Assembly (NCBI GenBank): GCA_951406725.2
Contig: OX597830.1
Coordinates: forward strand, 68,696,001 to 68,760,000
Reading direction: 5' to 3'
Length of the DNA: 64,000 bases
Source of the DNA: Octopus vulgaris
Taxonomy: Eukaryota
Below the pieces are notes generated by a model. That model made no database searches. It was not told where the DNA came from and was given only the letters and a program-made list of their open reading frames with translations. Position numbers and translations under genes: made by a program. Shown here piece by piece: positions 1 to 13,218 of the stretch (positions within the stretch are counted from its first letter, which is position 1; each line of letters begins with the position of its first letter).

Positions 1-80
1 ACATACATGCATACATACACATACATACATACATACATACATACATACATACATACATACATACATACATACATACATGC

Positions 81-192
81 ACACATCCATTCCATCAATG
101 GAACTGTAAAAATCGGTAAAATTTTCCAGCAGTTTATCATTGAAATATATATGAGCATGTCTAGATATGCAACTATATGCCTGGGGATGCAC

Positions 193-225
<33 letters not shown>

Positions 226-239
226 CATACATACATACA

Positions 240-273
<34 letters not shown>

Positions 274-340
274 CATACATATCGAAAAACGAAAATACCC
301 TGTTGTTGATGTTGAAATTTCAATGAAGGAGCCTTGAATG
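81..340 (+). mobile_element. 3' end fragment of an RLE-type LINE with internal (TACA)n; copy 1
   Basis: CATTCCATCAATGGAACTGTAAAAATC...GCAACTATATGC...(TACA)n...ATACCCTGTTGTTGATGTTGAAATTTCAATGAAGGAG matches the end of the LINE at 32555-32840 (SITGTVKICKTFQKF). Recurs at about 2495-2760 and 7325-7610. Confidence 0.75.
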
Positions 341-354
341 TGTGTGCCTGTGAA

Positions 355-610
355 GATACGTGGAATAGTGGTTAGGGTGCTTGGTCACAGGATCGTTAGA
401 TAATGAGTTCGATTCCCAGACCTAGCAGCGCATTGTCTCCTTGAGCACAACATTACATTTTACGTTATTCCAGATCATTCAACTGTAAATGAGTAACTCT
501 GTGGCGGAACAACAACTCAGAGTGTCGTCATTCGAAAGCTAAAACAATGCAAAGCGCATTGTGACCAGCGATGTATAACAACATTCAATAGTCTGGTCGG
601 TTCTATGATG
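355..610 (+). mobile_element. tRNA-derived SINE (copies at about 2868-3115 and 7643-7895)
   Basis: A-box-like TAGTGGTTAGG and B-box-like GAGTTCGATTCC, followed by a SINE body (TTGTCTCCTTGAGCACAAC...GTAAATGAGTAAC). Confidence 0.6.
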
Positions 611-1634
611 TGCGTGTGCGTATGTGTGTGTGAGAGTCTATCATTTAATCTTCTTCCGCCAAGCTAAGGAGAGTGTACGTCAATACGTCAATACCTTTAA
701 TATAAATATAAATAAATTAGTAAATTATATCTGGGTCATCTGATATTCATTAATCGATACGAAGTTCTTATAATGATTATACTTCGTTAAGAAGTTAGAT
801 TTAAACTAGTAACATCTAACTGACAGTCATTTCTACTTAGAAGACAGACAAGATGTTGCAGAGGAATTCTCTTCAAGTTATTTTACTCTTACTCTTTACT
901 CTTTTACTTGTTTCAGTCATTTGACTGCGACCATGCTGGAGCAACGCCTTTAGTCGAGGAAATCGACCCCCAGGACTTATTCTTTGTAAGCCTAGTACTA
1001 TTTTGTATATAAACTTTTTTTGTTTTTTTGTATAATTAATTTCTTTTTCCTAAAGGCACAAGGCCTGAAATTGGCCAAGGGGGCTAGTCGATCACATCTA
1101 CACCTGTGTTTGACTGCTACTTAATTTATCAACGCCGAGAGGATGGAAGGCAAAGTCGACCACGGCGATATTTGAACTGAGAAAGTAGCAATGGGTGAAA
1201 TACCGCTAAGCGTTTTGACCGGCGTACTCACGGTCCTTCCAACTCGCCGACTTTTTTGTTACATCTTTATATATAAAACACCGTTTGCACATACGAGCGT
1301 TTGTGCGTGTATTTCGTTGTGTGTGTGTGTGTGTGTGTGTGTGAACTTCCATGGTGTATTTACGTATTTCATTTAGAACTTTTTTTCCCGTTTGTTTGCT
1401 TGCAATTATATTTCCAGCAAATTTTCTAACGGAAGTCTGCAGTTTTACTTGTATCAAAGCACCAGTTATTCTACCCATTGAAAACCCTTCTCTGCCGCTC
1501 AGTCGGTCTATTTGTATACCCATCCTTGCCCCTCATTCATCCCTATTCCATTTATTGTTACACACATACACTCTACACACACACAGACTCTTTCACACAC
1601 ACACATGCACACACACGCACATGGACGATAATAT

Positions 1635-2060
1635 TTTCAAAGAGTAGGGGTTGCGTTCCGGCCTCATAAACTGAATTTAGAATGGGAAAGGAGAGTCTAG
1701 AAGAGACCCCAAAACCTGGACGACCTGCAGCTTCGACGCCGGAGGAAAATATTGGTCGTGTTTTGCTGAAGGGTGACAGGCGAATGTCTTTAAATCAAAT
1801 ATCCAATGCTGTTAGCATATACCGTGTGAGAGTTGCGAATATTCTACACAATGAGATTGGCATGACGATGGTTTCCGCTCATTGCTGCCTCTATCGCTGT
1901 GACGATGACACCATATCTGGTGCTGATGGAGTTCTTTGAACAACACAGCATAAAAGCAACACCAGTGAAAGAAGTGTGGGGGCTTCAAGGGGTTCCATGT
2001 TGGGAAATAAAATTCATTTGGTTATATTCCATGAAAATAAACTTATCAGCCTATGAACTT
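1635..2060 (+). mobile_element. Internally deleted mariner (Tc1/mariner) remnant; second copy at about 6340-6785
   Basis: Translation GKESLEETPKPGRP...DRRMSLNQISNAVSI...ILHNEIGMTMVSA resembles the mariner HTH and linker. No catalytic domain remains. Confidence 0.65.
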
Positions 2061-3818
2061 TTCAGCCGATCCTGGTATCATTGGTTTCTACAATTATTTT
2101 GCTATAAAACTATCGGTATTCTTGACAGCTTGTGTATGGTATATACATACATACATACATACATACATACATACATACATGCATATGCATACATACAAAC
2201 ATACATACACCATACATACATACATACATACATACATACATACATACATACATACATACATACATACATACATACAGATATGAATACATACATACAGATA
2301 TATATACATACATAAATACATACAAACATACATATGCATACATACATATGCATACATACAAACATACATACATACATACATACATACATACATACACACA
2401 CCTTACATACTTACATACATATATACATACATACCTAAATGCATACATAAACACACCTTACATGCATAGAAATCTGCATATATACATACATGCACGTATC
2501 CATTCCATCAATGGAACTGTAAAAATCTGTAAAATTTTCCAGAATTTATCATTTAAATATATGTGAGCGTGTCTAGATATGCAACTATATGCCTGGGAAT
2601 ACACACATACAACACATACAAATCTGCACATATACATACACACATACATACATACATACATACATACATACATACATACATACATACATACATACAGACA
2701 GACATACATACTTAGACACCCTGTTGTTGGTGTCGAAATTTCAATGAATGACCCTTGAATCTGTAAGTGTGTGTGTGTGTGTGTGTGTTTGTGTGTGTGC
2801 GTGTGTGTGTGTGCGTGTGTGTGTGTTTGTGTGTGTGCGTGTGTGTGTGTGCGTGTGTGTGTGTGAAGGTACGTGGAGTAGTGGTTAGCGTGCTTGTACA
2901 GGATCGTTAGATAATGAGTTCAATTCCCAGACCTAGCAGCGCATTGTCTCCTTGAGCACAACATTTTAGGTTATTCTAGTTCATTCAACTGTAAATGAGT
3001 AACTCTGTGGCGAAACAACCACTCAGAGTGTCGTCATTCGAAAGCAGAAAACAATGGAATGTTCATTGTGACCAGCGATGTATAACAACATTCAATAGTC
3101 TGGTCGATTCTGTGATGTGCGCCCGTGCGTATGTGTGTGTGAGAGTCTATCATTTAATCTTCTTCCGCCAAGCTAAGTGGATTATACATCAATACGTCAA
3201 TACCTTTTAATATAAATATAAATAAATTAGTAAATTATATCTGGGTCATCTGATAATGATTAATCGATACGAAGTTCATATAATGATTATACTTCGTTAA
3301 GAAGATAGATTTATACTAGTAACATCTCCAAATTGACAGTCATTTCTACTTAGAAAACAGACAAGATGTTACAGTGGAATTATTTTGAATATAAACTTTT
3401 TTGTTTAATTACTCATTTCTACTAATGGCACAAGGCCTGAAATTGGCTAAGGGGACTAGTCGATCACATCTACACCTGTGTTTGACTGGTTCTTAATTTA
3501 TCAACGCCGAGAGGATGGAAGACAAAGTCGACCTCGGATACATTTGATCTCAGAAAGTAGCAATGGGTGAAATACCTATTTCTTTACTACCCACAAGGGA
3601 CTAACACAGAGGAGACAAACAATACAGACAGACGTATCAAGTCGATTATTTCGACCCCAGTGCGTAACTGGTACTTAATTTTTAGTCCCCGAAAGGATGA
3701 AAGGCAAAGTCGACCTCGGTGGAATTTGAACTCATAACGTAACGGCAGACGAAATACCGCTAAGCATTTCGTCCGTCGTGCTCACGGTTCTACCAACTCG
3801 CCGCCTTTTTTTGTTACA

Positions 3819-5895
3819 TCAATATCTATAAAGCTGAAATGCGAAAAAGTTATTTGTCTCATTTTGGGATGGGAACAGTAGATGGAGTTGGATTGGCGCC
3901 AACATTTACTGGGACGTGTAAAAAGAGGCGAGGAAACGACTGGACTAGGTTAGACACCCCTATCTCAAAAGCTGTGGTTCTTAGGGCAACAAAACCCAAA
4001 GTTTTACAAGTGTTTGTCGTTTTTCTCTTTCGGATATGACTCTGTCTTCCTCGATCTCTTTCTTTCCTTCCTTTAAACTGCCAGCAAGTTGCTGTACGCC
4101 GTTAAGAAGTTTTGAATGTCAGCCATGGTGAGTCTACTATCCTCAGGTTCTATCCCTTCAAACTTTGGTTTCCAATATCTTTTTTATTTTTATTCAGCTC
4201 GCATGTTCGTCTGCCCCTTTTAAATGTTAGTGTTTTGCTGTCCGCCTTGAAGCAGACCTTTCCGTTGTCACTGCCTGATATTTATGATGGATCTTTCAAC
4301 ATATTTTCTTTCTCAACTTACTCAAAATCTTTTGTTCTTTATAAATGGCAGAGAGAGAGAGAGATAGATAGAGAAAGATAGAGAGTAAGAGAAAGCGAGG
4401 GAGATTCCGAGAGAAAGGAAGAGTAAGAGAGGGGGAAAGTGAGAGAGAAAGGAGAGAGAAACAAAGAGGGAGAATGTGGCGATAAGAAACAGAAAGGAAG
4501 CAACAGAAAGTAAAAACTAAAAAACTGAAATGCGAAAAGTTTGTTTGTCTCATTTTGCGATTGGAACGGTTTAAAGGGCACTCGATGGGGTCGGATTGGC
4601 TCCAAAATTTACAGGGACATGTAAAAAGAGGCGAGGAAGTGAGTGGACTAGGTTAGAAATCCCTATCTCAAAAGCTGTGGTTATTAGGACAACAACACCC
4701 ACACTTTGACAAGTGTTTGTCGTTTCCCTTTCACATATCACCCTGTCTTCCTCCGTCTCTCTCTTTCCTTCCTTTCTTCCACATTCTCTCTATAATGACG
4801 TTTGACAGCTTCGCCATCTCTCTGTCAATCTGTCTCCCACCACCTCTCTCATTGCACGTCTGTCTGTATAGAGAGAAAGTATTGACAGCCTCAAAAGTTT
4901 AAATATTTCCGTCACAGGTCTTTTAGAACTGTGAATTATTACGTTGATACAAATTGGATTTTTATGTGAAGCGGGGATGGAAGGGGATTAAAATTTACAG
5001 AAGGGGGTGTTTAGGAATTCTCTGTTACATCAAACTAAAAATTTTGCGCCAGCCTTCAAATCGTCAATGTGTTGCCATCCGTCATGAAGAAGTTTTGAAT
5101 GCCTGCCATGGTGAGTCTACTGTCGTGAGAAAGAATCGCTTCAAAACTTGGTGTTTAGGGATTTTCTTTTACATCAAGTTCAAAATTTTGCGCCAGCCGT
5201 TAAACTGCCAGTACGTTGATGTACGTCGTTAAGAAGTTTTGAATGCGAAAAAGTTGTTTGATTTCTTGGTTATTTGTCTCATTTTGGGATGGGAACGGTA
5301 GATGGGGTCGGATTGGCGCCATAATTTACACTTGGGGGGGGGGTTAAAATGGTGTGGGCAATGGTGTGAGGAGGGTTGTAAGTCGCTCGGGGTTACCGTT
5401 TGGGGAAAATTGAGTTTTATGGGATAGACATGTTGTGCTGTTTGAATAATGGTGGCTTTTCGTGTTGCTGCAGGGGCTAGAGGCTGTTATCTTTAATCTA
5501 ATCTATAAAATGAAGAAGGCGAACGTTGATACAAATTGGATTTTTATGTAAAAAGGGGTCTAAATGGGGCTGGAAGGGGATCCAAATTTACAGGAGCGGG
5601 TAACTTGAGGTGAGAAATTGATTGGGAGACGTTTTGGGGCGCTACAGTGGTTGCTTTGCTGTGAAAACGGGGATTTTATTGATTTTTGGGAACACTTGGG
5701 GATCTAGACTGGACACCTTTTGCCCGATTTCAATCAAATTTTCAACATGGTAAAGTGGAAGCGGATTTCTAATTTAAGCGCAGAAAAAGGGTTCGAAATT
5801 TTGAAAATTAAGGTAAGATTTAAGAAACAGAAAGGAAGCTACAGAAAGTAACAACCACACCCTCACCCGCGCGTAGAGCGGGTCACCTTAAGCTA

Positions 5896-5896
<1 letters not shown>
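3819..5896 (+). mobile_element. Non-autonomous Helitron
   Basis: Starts with TC after A3818 and ends with CTAG (5893-5896) before T. Subterminal hairpin ACCCGC-GCGTAGA-GCGGGT at 5865-5883; no TSD. Absent from the homologous site in unit 1 (about 1262). Internal repeats at about 3838, 4527 and 5243. Confidence 0.8.
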
Positions 5897-5950
<54 letters not shown>

Positions 5951-7150
5951 AGCGTTTACATGTATGTGTGTTTGTTATTGTGTTTCGTTGTGAGTGTGCG
6001 TGTGTATGTGTGAGTGGGGGGGGTCAACTTCCATTGTGCATTTACGTATTTCATTTAGAAGTTTTTCTGTTTTGTTTGCTTGCAATTATATTTCCCACAA
6101 ATGTTGTGACGGAAGTCTGCAGTTTTACTTGTATCAAAGCACCAGTTATTCTACCCATTTAAAACTCTTCTCTGCCGCTCAGCCGGTCTATTTTTATACC
6201 CATCCCTGCCCCTCATTCATCCCTATTCTATTTATTGTTACACACATATACACTACACACACACATAAACTCACACAAGTACACACAAACACACTCTGTT
6301 TCACATACACGCACACCCACATAGACAATGATATTCTCAAAGAGTAGGGGTTGCGTTCCAGCCTCATCAACGGTGCAAAAGTACGCAACTGAATTTAGGA
6401 TAGGAAAGGAGAGGCTTGAAGAGACCCCAAAACCTGGACGACCTGCAGCTTCGAAGCCGGATGAAAATTTTGGTTGTATTCTGCTGATGGGTGACAGGCG
6501 ATTGTCTTTAAATCAAATATCCAATGCTGTTAGCATATCCCGTGTGTGAGTTGAGAATATTCCACACAATTAGATTGGCATGACGATGGTTTCCGCTCAC
6601 TGGTGCCCGTATCGCTGTGACGATGACACCATATCTAGTGCTGATGGAGTTTTTTCACCAACAGCATGAAAGCTACCAAACACTGCAACATCAATGAAAG
6701 AAGTGTGTGGGCTTCAAGGGGTCCCATGTTGGAAAATAAAACTCATTTATATATATTCCTCAAAATTAAACTTTTCAGCCGATCCTGGTATCATTGGTTT
6801 TTACCAATATTTTGCTAAAACTATCGGTATACTTGACAACTTGTGTGTGGTACATGCATACATACATACATACATACATACATACATACATACATACATA
6901 CATACATACAAGCATACATATATACATACATGCATACACCTCACATATATACTTATATACATACATACATACACCTTACATATATATATCCATACATACA
7001 CCTTACATATATAACGGGAAGCTTTATGAAAATAGACAAAAGACGAAGGCAGGTGGAAAACAAACAATTGTATTAGTATGGCGCTCAGGAAATATAAATA
7101 AAACAAGTCTTTAACGTTACACCTTACATATATACATGCATATACCTTAC

Positions 7151-7195
<45 letters not shown>

Positions 7196-7513
7196 GTACA
7201 TATATGTATATATACATACATACATACATACACACACCTTACATACTTACGTACATATATACATACCTAAATGCATGCATAAACACACCTTACATGCATA
7301 CATATGCATATATACATACATGCACGTATCCATTCCATCAATGGAACTGTAAAGATCTGTAAAATTTTCCAGAATTTATCATTTAAATATATGTGAGCGT
7401 GTCTAGATATGCAACTATATGCCTGGGAATACACACATACAACACATACAAATCTGCACATATACATACACACATACATACATACATACATACATACATA
7501 CATACACATACAT

Positions 7514-7552
<39 letters not shown>

Positions 7553-8515
7553 TACCAAAAAACGAATATACCCTGTTGTTGATGTTGAAATTTCAATAAA
7601 GGAGCCTTGAATGTGTGTGTGTGCGCGCGCGCGTGTGTGAAGGAACGTGGAGTAGTGGTTAGGGTGCTTGCTCACAAGATGGTTAGATAATGAGTTCGAT
7701 TCCCAGACCTAGCAGCGCATTGTCTCCTTGAGCACAACATTACATTTTACGTTATTCTAGTTCATTCAACTGTAAATGAATAACTCTGTGGCGGAAAAAC
7801 CACTCAGAGTTTCGTCATTCGAAAGCTAAAACAATGCAAAGCGCATTGTAACCAGCGATGTATAACAACATTCAATAGTCTTGTCGATTCTGTGATGTGC
7901 GCGCGTGTGTGTATGTTTGAGAGTCTATCATTTAATCTTCTTACGCAATGCTAAGTGGATCGTACGTCAATACGTCAATACCTTTAATATGAATATAAAT
8001 AAATTAGTAAATAATGTCTGCATCATCTGATATTGATTAATCAATACGCAGTTCTTATAATGATTATACTTCGTTAAGAAGATAGATTTAAACAAGTAAC
8101 ATCTAACTGACAGTCATTTCTACTTAGAAGACAGACAAGATGTTGCAGAGGAATTCTCTTCAAGTTATTTTGTATATAAACTGGGGGTTTTTTGTATAAT
8201 GAATCCTTTCTACTGAAGGCACAAGGCCTGAAATTGGCGGAGGGTGCTTGTGTATCACATCGACACCAGTGTTTTACTGGTACGTAATTTATCGACCCCG
8301 AGAGGATGAAAGTCGACCTCAGCGGTATTTGAACTCAGAATGTAGCGATGGGCGAAATATTGCTAAGCATTTTGACTGGCGTGCTCACGATTCTACCAAC
8401 TCGCCAACTCGCCAACTTGTTTTGTTATACTTTTATATATAAAAGAGCGTTTGTACGTGTGTGTGTGTGTGCGCGCGTGTGTTTCGTTGCGCGTGTGTGT
8501 GTGTGTGTGTGTGCA

Positions 8516-9563
8516 TCTGTGAGTGTGTATGTTCCTCGTGCATTCAAAAACTGACTTCCCATTTTGATGTATGTGGTATCAAAAGATTCAGTAATCTTTC
8601 GGCTACCAAATAAACTTTATTTTCATTTACATATTCGCATGACAAAAATTTATCATTATAATTTTTTTTTGTCGCCTATCTTAAACTGTATTTTGTACCA
8701 CCTCGCAACGGCGACGACGTTACATTTTCTGTATACTTTTGTTTACGCTTTAGTTACGTTCGTTAGGCCGATGACCGAGAAATATATGTGTATGACGGTG
8801 TATGGGTCTGTCAATACACGTACATTTTTGTTACGACTAACACACACATTCTTTCTTAAAGGAACACTAAAATCTTCTCGAACAGCCATCCATCACCTCA
8901 CCACTTTCAAAATTCTACAAACTCCCTATGTTTCACTTTTAGCTTTTTGGAAAGCGAGGAATATTCTTCAGAAATAATGTCGTTTACCTGTTGTTTCTAG
9001 CATGCTGGGTTTTCTGGTGGTGTCTGGTATATTTTATGTCTGCTGTTTCAGTGCATTTCTACGCATGCGTGAAACATCAGATGAAAGTGAAACATTGGGT
9101 AATTTCAGCTTTTTGAAAGCGGGTAGGTGATGGGTGGGCGAGATGGGGGGAAGAGCACTGAGTGTTTCTTTATGAAAATTAAACTTTAAAAATATATTTC
9201 CCAGATTAGTAATCTCTGTATTTTACTACGTGGATAAAAAAGCAAAAACTTCGAAAGAAAGTTACGAATTAAGAAATTGCAATGGGGTGTGCGGATTCAA
9301 ATTTTACAAACATGATTTCTGGCCAAAATCATATTAACCCTCTTTTATACGTAGAAACAATATATAGTTTGTGATCCTTCTTAAGGATAGAAAGCACTTT
9401 CATACACCCTCCCCCTTCACTTTAAACAAAAAATAACTTTCATTACGCTAGTCATCCAGTTCACTGTATATCAGCTGTACCGATTCTGCCTATAAGAAAG
9501 GAACCAATAATACAATGTGACTATCGTTCATAGCAGCCGTGCAACGCCGGGATGCATTGGTAG
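8516..9563 (+). mobile_element. Possible non-autonomous Helitron
   Basis: A|TC start. Degenerate 3' hairpin GCCGTGCAACGCCGGG (about 9537-9551) followed by GGTAG|T instead of CTAG|T. Confidence 0.35.
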
Positions 9564-9630
9564 TGATTAATATATTGTTTTTAGTTATTTAAGAATTTAG
9601 CCAGCACGACTACACAGAGACACACATTCT

Positions 9631-9739
9631 ATACATACATACATACATACATACATACATACATACATAAATTCATACATACATACATTCATACATACAT
9701 ACATACATTCATACATTCATACATACATACATACATACA

Positions 9740-9770
<31 letters not shown>

Positions 9771-9859
9771 GTACATATGTACATACATACGTACATACAT
9801 ACATACATACATACATACATACATACATACATACGTACATACATACATACATACATACA

Positions 9860-9891
<32 letters not shown>

Positions 9892-9913
9892 CATACATAT
9901 GTACATACATACG

Positions 9914-9944
<31 letters not shown>

Positions 9945-10064
9945 GTACATACATACATACATACATACATACATACATACATACATACATACGTACATAC
10001 ATACGTACATACATACATATGTACATATGTACATACATACATACGTACATACATACATACATAC
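9631..10064. repeat. (TACA)n microsatellite with variants
   Basis: Directly visible; source of the YIHT/MYVC pseudo-ORFs. Confidence 0.95.
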
Positions 10065-10067
10065 GTG

Positions 10068-11551
10068 AGAGGGGATCCCCAAAAGTAACCAGAAACGGTC
10101 TCTGTGGGGCAAGCCAGTTGTAGTTCAGTCTTTCGCTGCTAGAAGGCACTTGATGCGACGCTTAGGCACCAGTCTGCGACCAGCGGCGTTGGATTAAGTA
10201 GTAATGTCACGTGGTCTGTCTTTGTTTTGCAGTGTTTCTTCCCTGTTCGTCGATATTTGCGATGGCTGAAACGAAGGAACAACGTGTTTCTGTGAAATTT
10301 TGTTCTTTATTGGGGAAAGCGGCGAGCGAAAGAGTTGTCATGCTGCAAACAGTTTACAAGGACGCTGTCATGAGCAAATCACAAGTTTACGAGTTGTTTT
10401 CACGCTTTAGGAGTGGTCACTTGTCGCTTGAAAATCAACCTCGTTCGTGGCGACCATCGACCACCCGAACGAATGAAAACGTCACGAAAATACATGAACT
10501 GATCTTAGGGGACCGTCACTGAATGATTGATGAACTTGTTGATATGACTGATGTTTCTTGGAGATCTTGCCAACGAATTTTGAGCGAGGAATTGCGAATG
10601 AAAAGAGTTGCAGCCAAATGTGTGCCTCACTTGCTCACGTAAGAATAAAAGTAGTCACGACTAAATGGGTATCGTGAACTGAAACAACTGTTGGATGGTG
10701 ATCCGGACCTTTTTTCGAAGGTCATTACTGGTGGTGAAAGCTGGTGCTACGAATACAACCCGGATACGAAGCAGCAATCAAGTCAATTGAAGCATTCAAT
10801 GTCACCACGCTCCCCAAAGTGCATCAAGTGAAGTCCAGTGTCAAGATGATGCTGACTTGTTTCTTCGATGAGAAAGGAATTGTCCACACAGAATTTGTTC
10901 CTCCAGGTCAAACTATTAACCTAGCATTTTACTTGGAAGTTCTGAAACGTTTGCGAGATGTGGTGAGACGAAAACGCCCCAACTTGTGGAAAAGAATGAT
11001 GGTTTCATCACGACGATGCGCCTGCGCACAAAACCTTAAGTGTAAGACAGTTTTTGACCGAATTGACGTGGTGATATTGAATGCTTCATTTGACTTGATT
11101 GTTGTTTTGTATCCGTGTCGTAGTCGTAGCATTAGCTTTCATCACCAGTGATGGCCTCCGAAAAAAGTCCGGATCACCAGCCAACAGTTGTTTCTGTTCA
11201 GGATACGCTTTCAGTCGTGACTGCTTTTATTCTTCCGTGAGCAAGTGAGACACAAATTTTGCTACAACGCTATTCATTCGCAATTCCTCACTCAAAATTC
11301 TTGTCCTGTCCACCCCGAATGCAAAGCGTCCTTAGAGGAAAACGTTTTACAGATGTGAAAGAGATGAAGAAAAGAAAAACGACGGAGGCGTTAAAAGGAG
11401 TTTAAAGATTGCTTTGAACAGTGGAAAACGCGTCTGGACCGATGCATTGCTTCAAATGGAGAATACTTTGAAGGCGATAAAAGTGTAAACATGTAAATCG
11501 AAGTGAATAAAATAATATTGCAAAATTCCGGTTTCTTTTGGGTACCCCTGG
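10068..11551 (+). mobile_element. Mariner DNA transposon, degenerate, with internal inverted duplication
   Basis: TIRs GAGGGGATCCCCAAAAGTAACCAGAA / ATTCCGGTTTCTTTTGGGTACCCCTG. Transposase pieces EQRVSVKFC..., KVITGGESWCYEYNP and MMLTCFFDEKGIVHTEFVPPGQTIN, with stops and frameshifts. Confidence 0.9.
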
Positions 11552-11589
11552 GAAGGCATACATACATACATACACACACATGTATGTAT

Positions 11590-11629
<40 letters not shown>

Positions 11630-11635
<6 letters not shown>

Positions 11636-12060
11636 TTAGAGATAAAACCACCATTAGGCAAATCTAATTTAATATAAATATATATATTGTTATATTTCGG
11701 AATGGTCATTTCACTAAATAAACATAGACTCATATAGAGATATAAGCATACGCAAATGAAGACACATACAATAGAAATACAAAATGGCGGACGGTTAGTA
11801 AGGAGAGACACAATTAAGAAAGAAAAAAGCAAAGGACCACTGATGCAGTCACAGGAGTGTGACGAAAGAACTCTGGCCGAAATAAGATTAAAATTAATGT
11901 AAAAAATAAATAACACTGAAGCAAAATAACACCAAATATATAGTGCGTGTGTTTTTATTGGCTAAACTGGCAGAATGACCATTCCGAAATATAACAATAT
12001 ATGTTTCAACACACGACTTCACATAAAAAATCTTGCACAACAAATATAAATATATATATT
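11630..12060. mobile_element. (TA)n-flanked non-coding element with inverted repeats and a hammerhead-like motif (Penelope pLTR-like)
   Basis: Inverted repeat TATATTGTTATATTTCGGAATGGTCATT at about 11683-11709 / 11976-12002; hammerhead-like motif at 11834-11878. Confidence 0.5.
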
Positions 12061-12127
12061 TATACTGTAAAATTGGATTTAATCCTAGATCTAATTTTTC
12101 CCTGTAAGTTTGGATTTACTCCCTAAT

Positions 12128-12158
<31 letters not shown>

Positions 12159-12161
12159 TTT

Positions 12162-12217
<56 letters not shown>

Positions 12218-12254
12218 ATGTATATGTATATATGTATGTATGTATATATATATA

Positions 12255-12980
12255 ATGAGGGTGATAAATTGAATATTAATTTAATTAATATTAATTTAAA
12301 ACCAGTAACCTAGCATATAGAAAAATCTGAAAATTCAGAAAAATTGTAATACATGCGCATAATAAGGATGACCACTAAGTGGGCATCCAATATGCTAGAA
12401 GAAGATCACCTACGATCTAACTACAAAGAAAAGAATGTTCTCTAGAGAAATTCAGCAAACACCAGAACATTAGCGGGTAAGACAGATGAAAATATACAAA
12501 ATACAGAATTAATCGTTGACCGATTTCGTCATCAACGATTTTACTTATGTAATCATCGTTCGTGGACTCTTCAGTACGATCGTTCCAATTCAATATAATT
12601 TGTAGAACTATACACTAGTTGTCCTTATAAAATTATACGTTGTCCTTATAAAATTAAACATTACAAATCGTATACAATATTATTATTGGGAAAAATTCGA
12701 AGTCTTACAGCTGTTTCTGGGATATCTCCGAGTATGGGATATTCTATCATCAGAGACAAATAGGGAAAAATAGGGAAAATGAAAATGGAATATATTAATG
12801 AGATGAAGTCATAGAGGAAGGGAGTAAAGGAATAAGGAGATGGAGAGGGAAAAGAAGAAAGAAGCATAAAAGTTCATTGTTCAACTTTCTGATGTTATAG
12901 AAAAAGAGCATACTCGGGGATATCCCAGAAACAGCTGTAAGACTGAATTTTTTCCAATAATAATATTGTATACGACTTGA
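12255..12980. mobile_element. Penelope pLTR-like non-coding element with inverted repeat and degenerate hammerhead motifs
   Basis: Inverted repeat at about 12669-12737 / 12909-12975; hammerhead-like motifs at 12511-12581 (-) and about 12880-12948 (+). Confidence 0.5.
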
Positions 12981-13039
12981 AATTTTTGCCTTGCCTTAAT
13001 GTTTGTTGTCCGCTTTAACAAGCGCGTTGTTTATTTGTG

Positions 13040-13218
13040 TGTGTTTGAGTATGTGTGTGTGTGTCTTTATGTATCTTTCCCCCACCCCATCACCGCTTGA
13101 AACCAATGTTGATGCGTCATCGTAACTTAGCAGTTCGACAAAAGCGACCCGATAGAATAAGCTCTAGACTTACTAATGATAAGTCCTGGGGTCGATTGCT
13201 TAGACTAAAATCCTTTAA
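13040..13218 (+). mobile_element. SINE 3' part, cut by the piggyBac end
   Basis: CGTAACTTAGCAGTTCGACAAAAG...GATAAGTCCTGGGGTCGATTG is homologous to the SINE tail at 28680-28800. Confidence 0.7.

Larger units (their letters stand above)
81..8510. repeat. Triplicated composite unit (LINE tail, SINE, unique block, SINE fragments, mariner remnant)
   Basis: The same ordered blocks start at about 81, 2495 and 7325. Unit 2 is lengthened by the 3819-5896 insertion; unit 3 diverges after about 8510. Confidence 0.85.

Noticed and set aside
8564-8977. 137-aa ORF
   Set aside because: No recognisable domain, non-ATG start and located inside a probable non-autonomous element.
7-10149. Many YIHT/MYVC-repeat ORFs
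   Set aside because: Translations of (TACA)n and (TG)n microsatellites, not genes.
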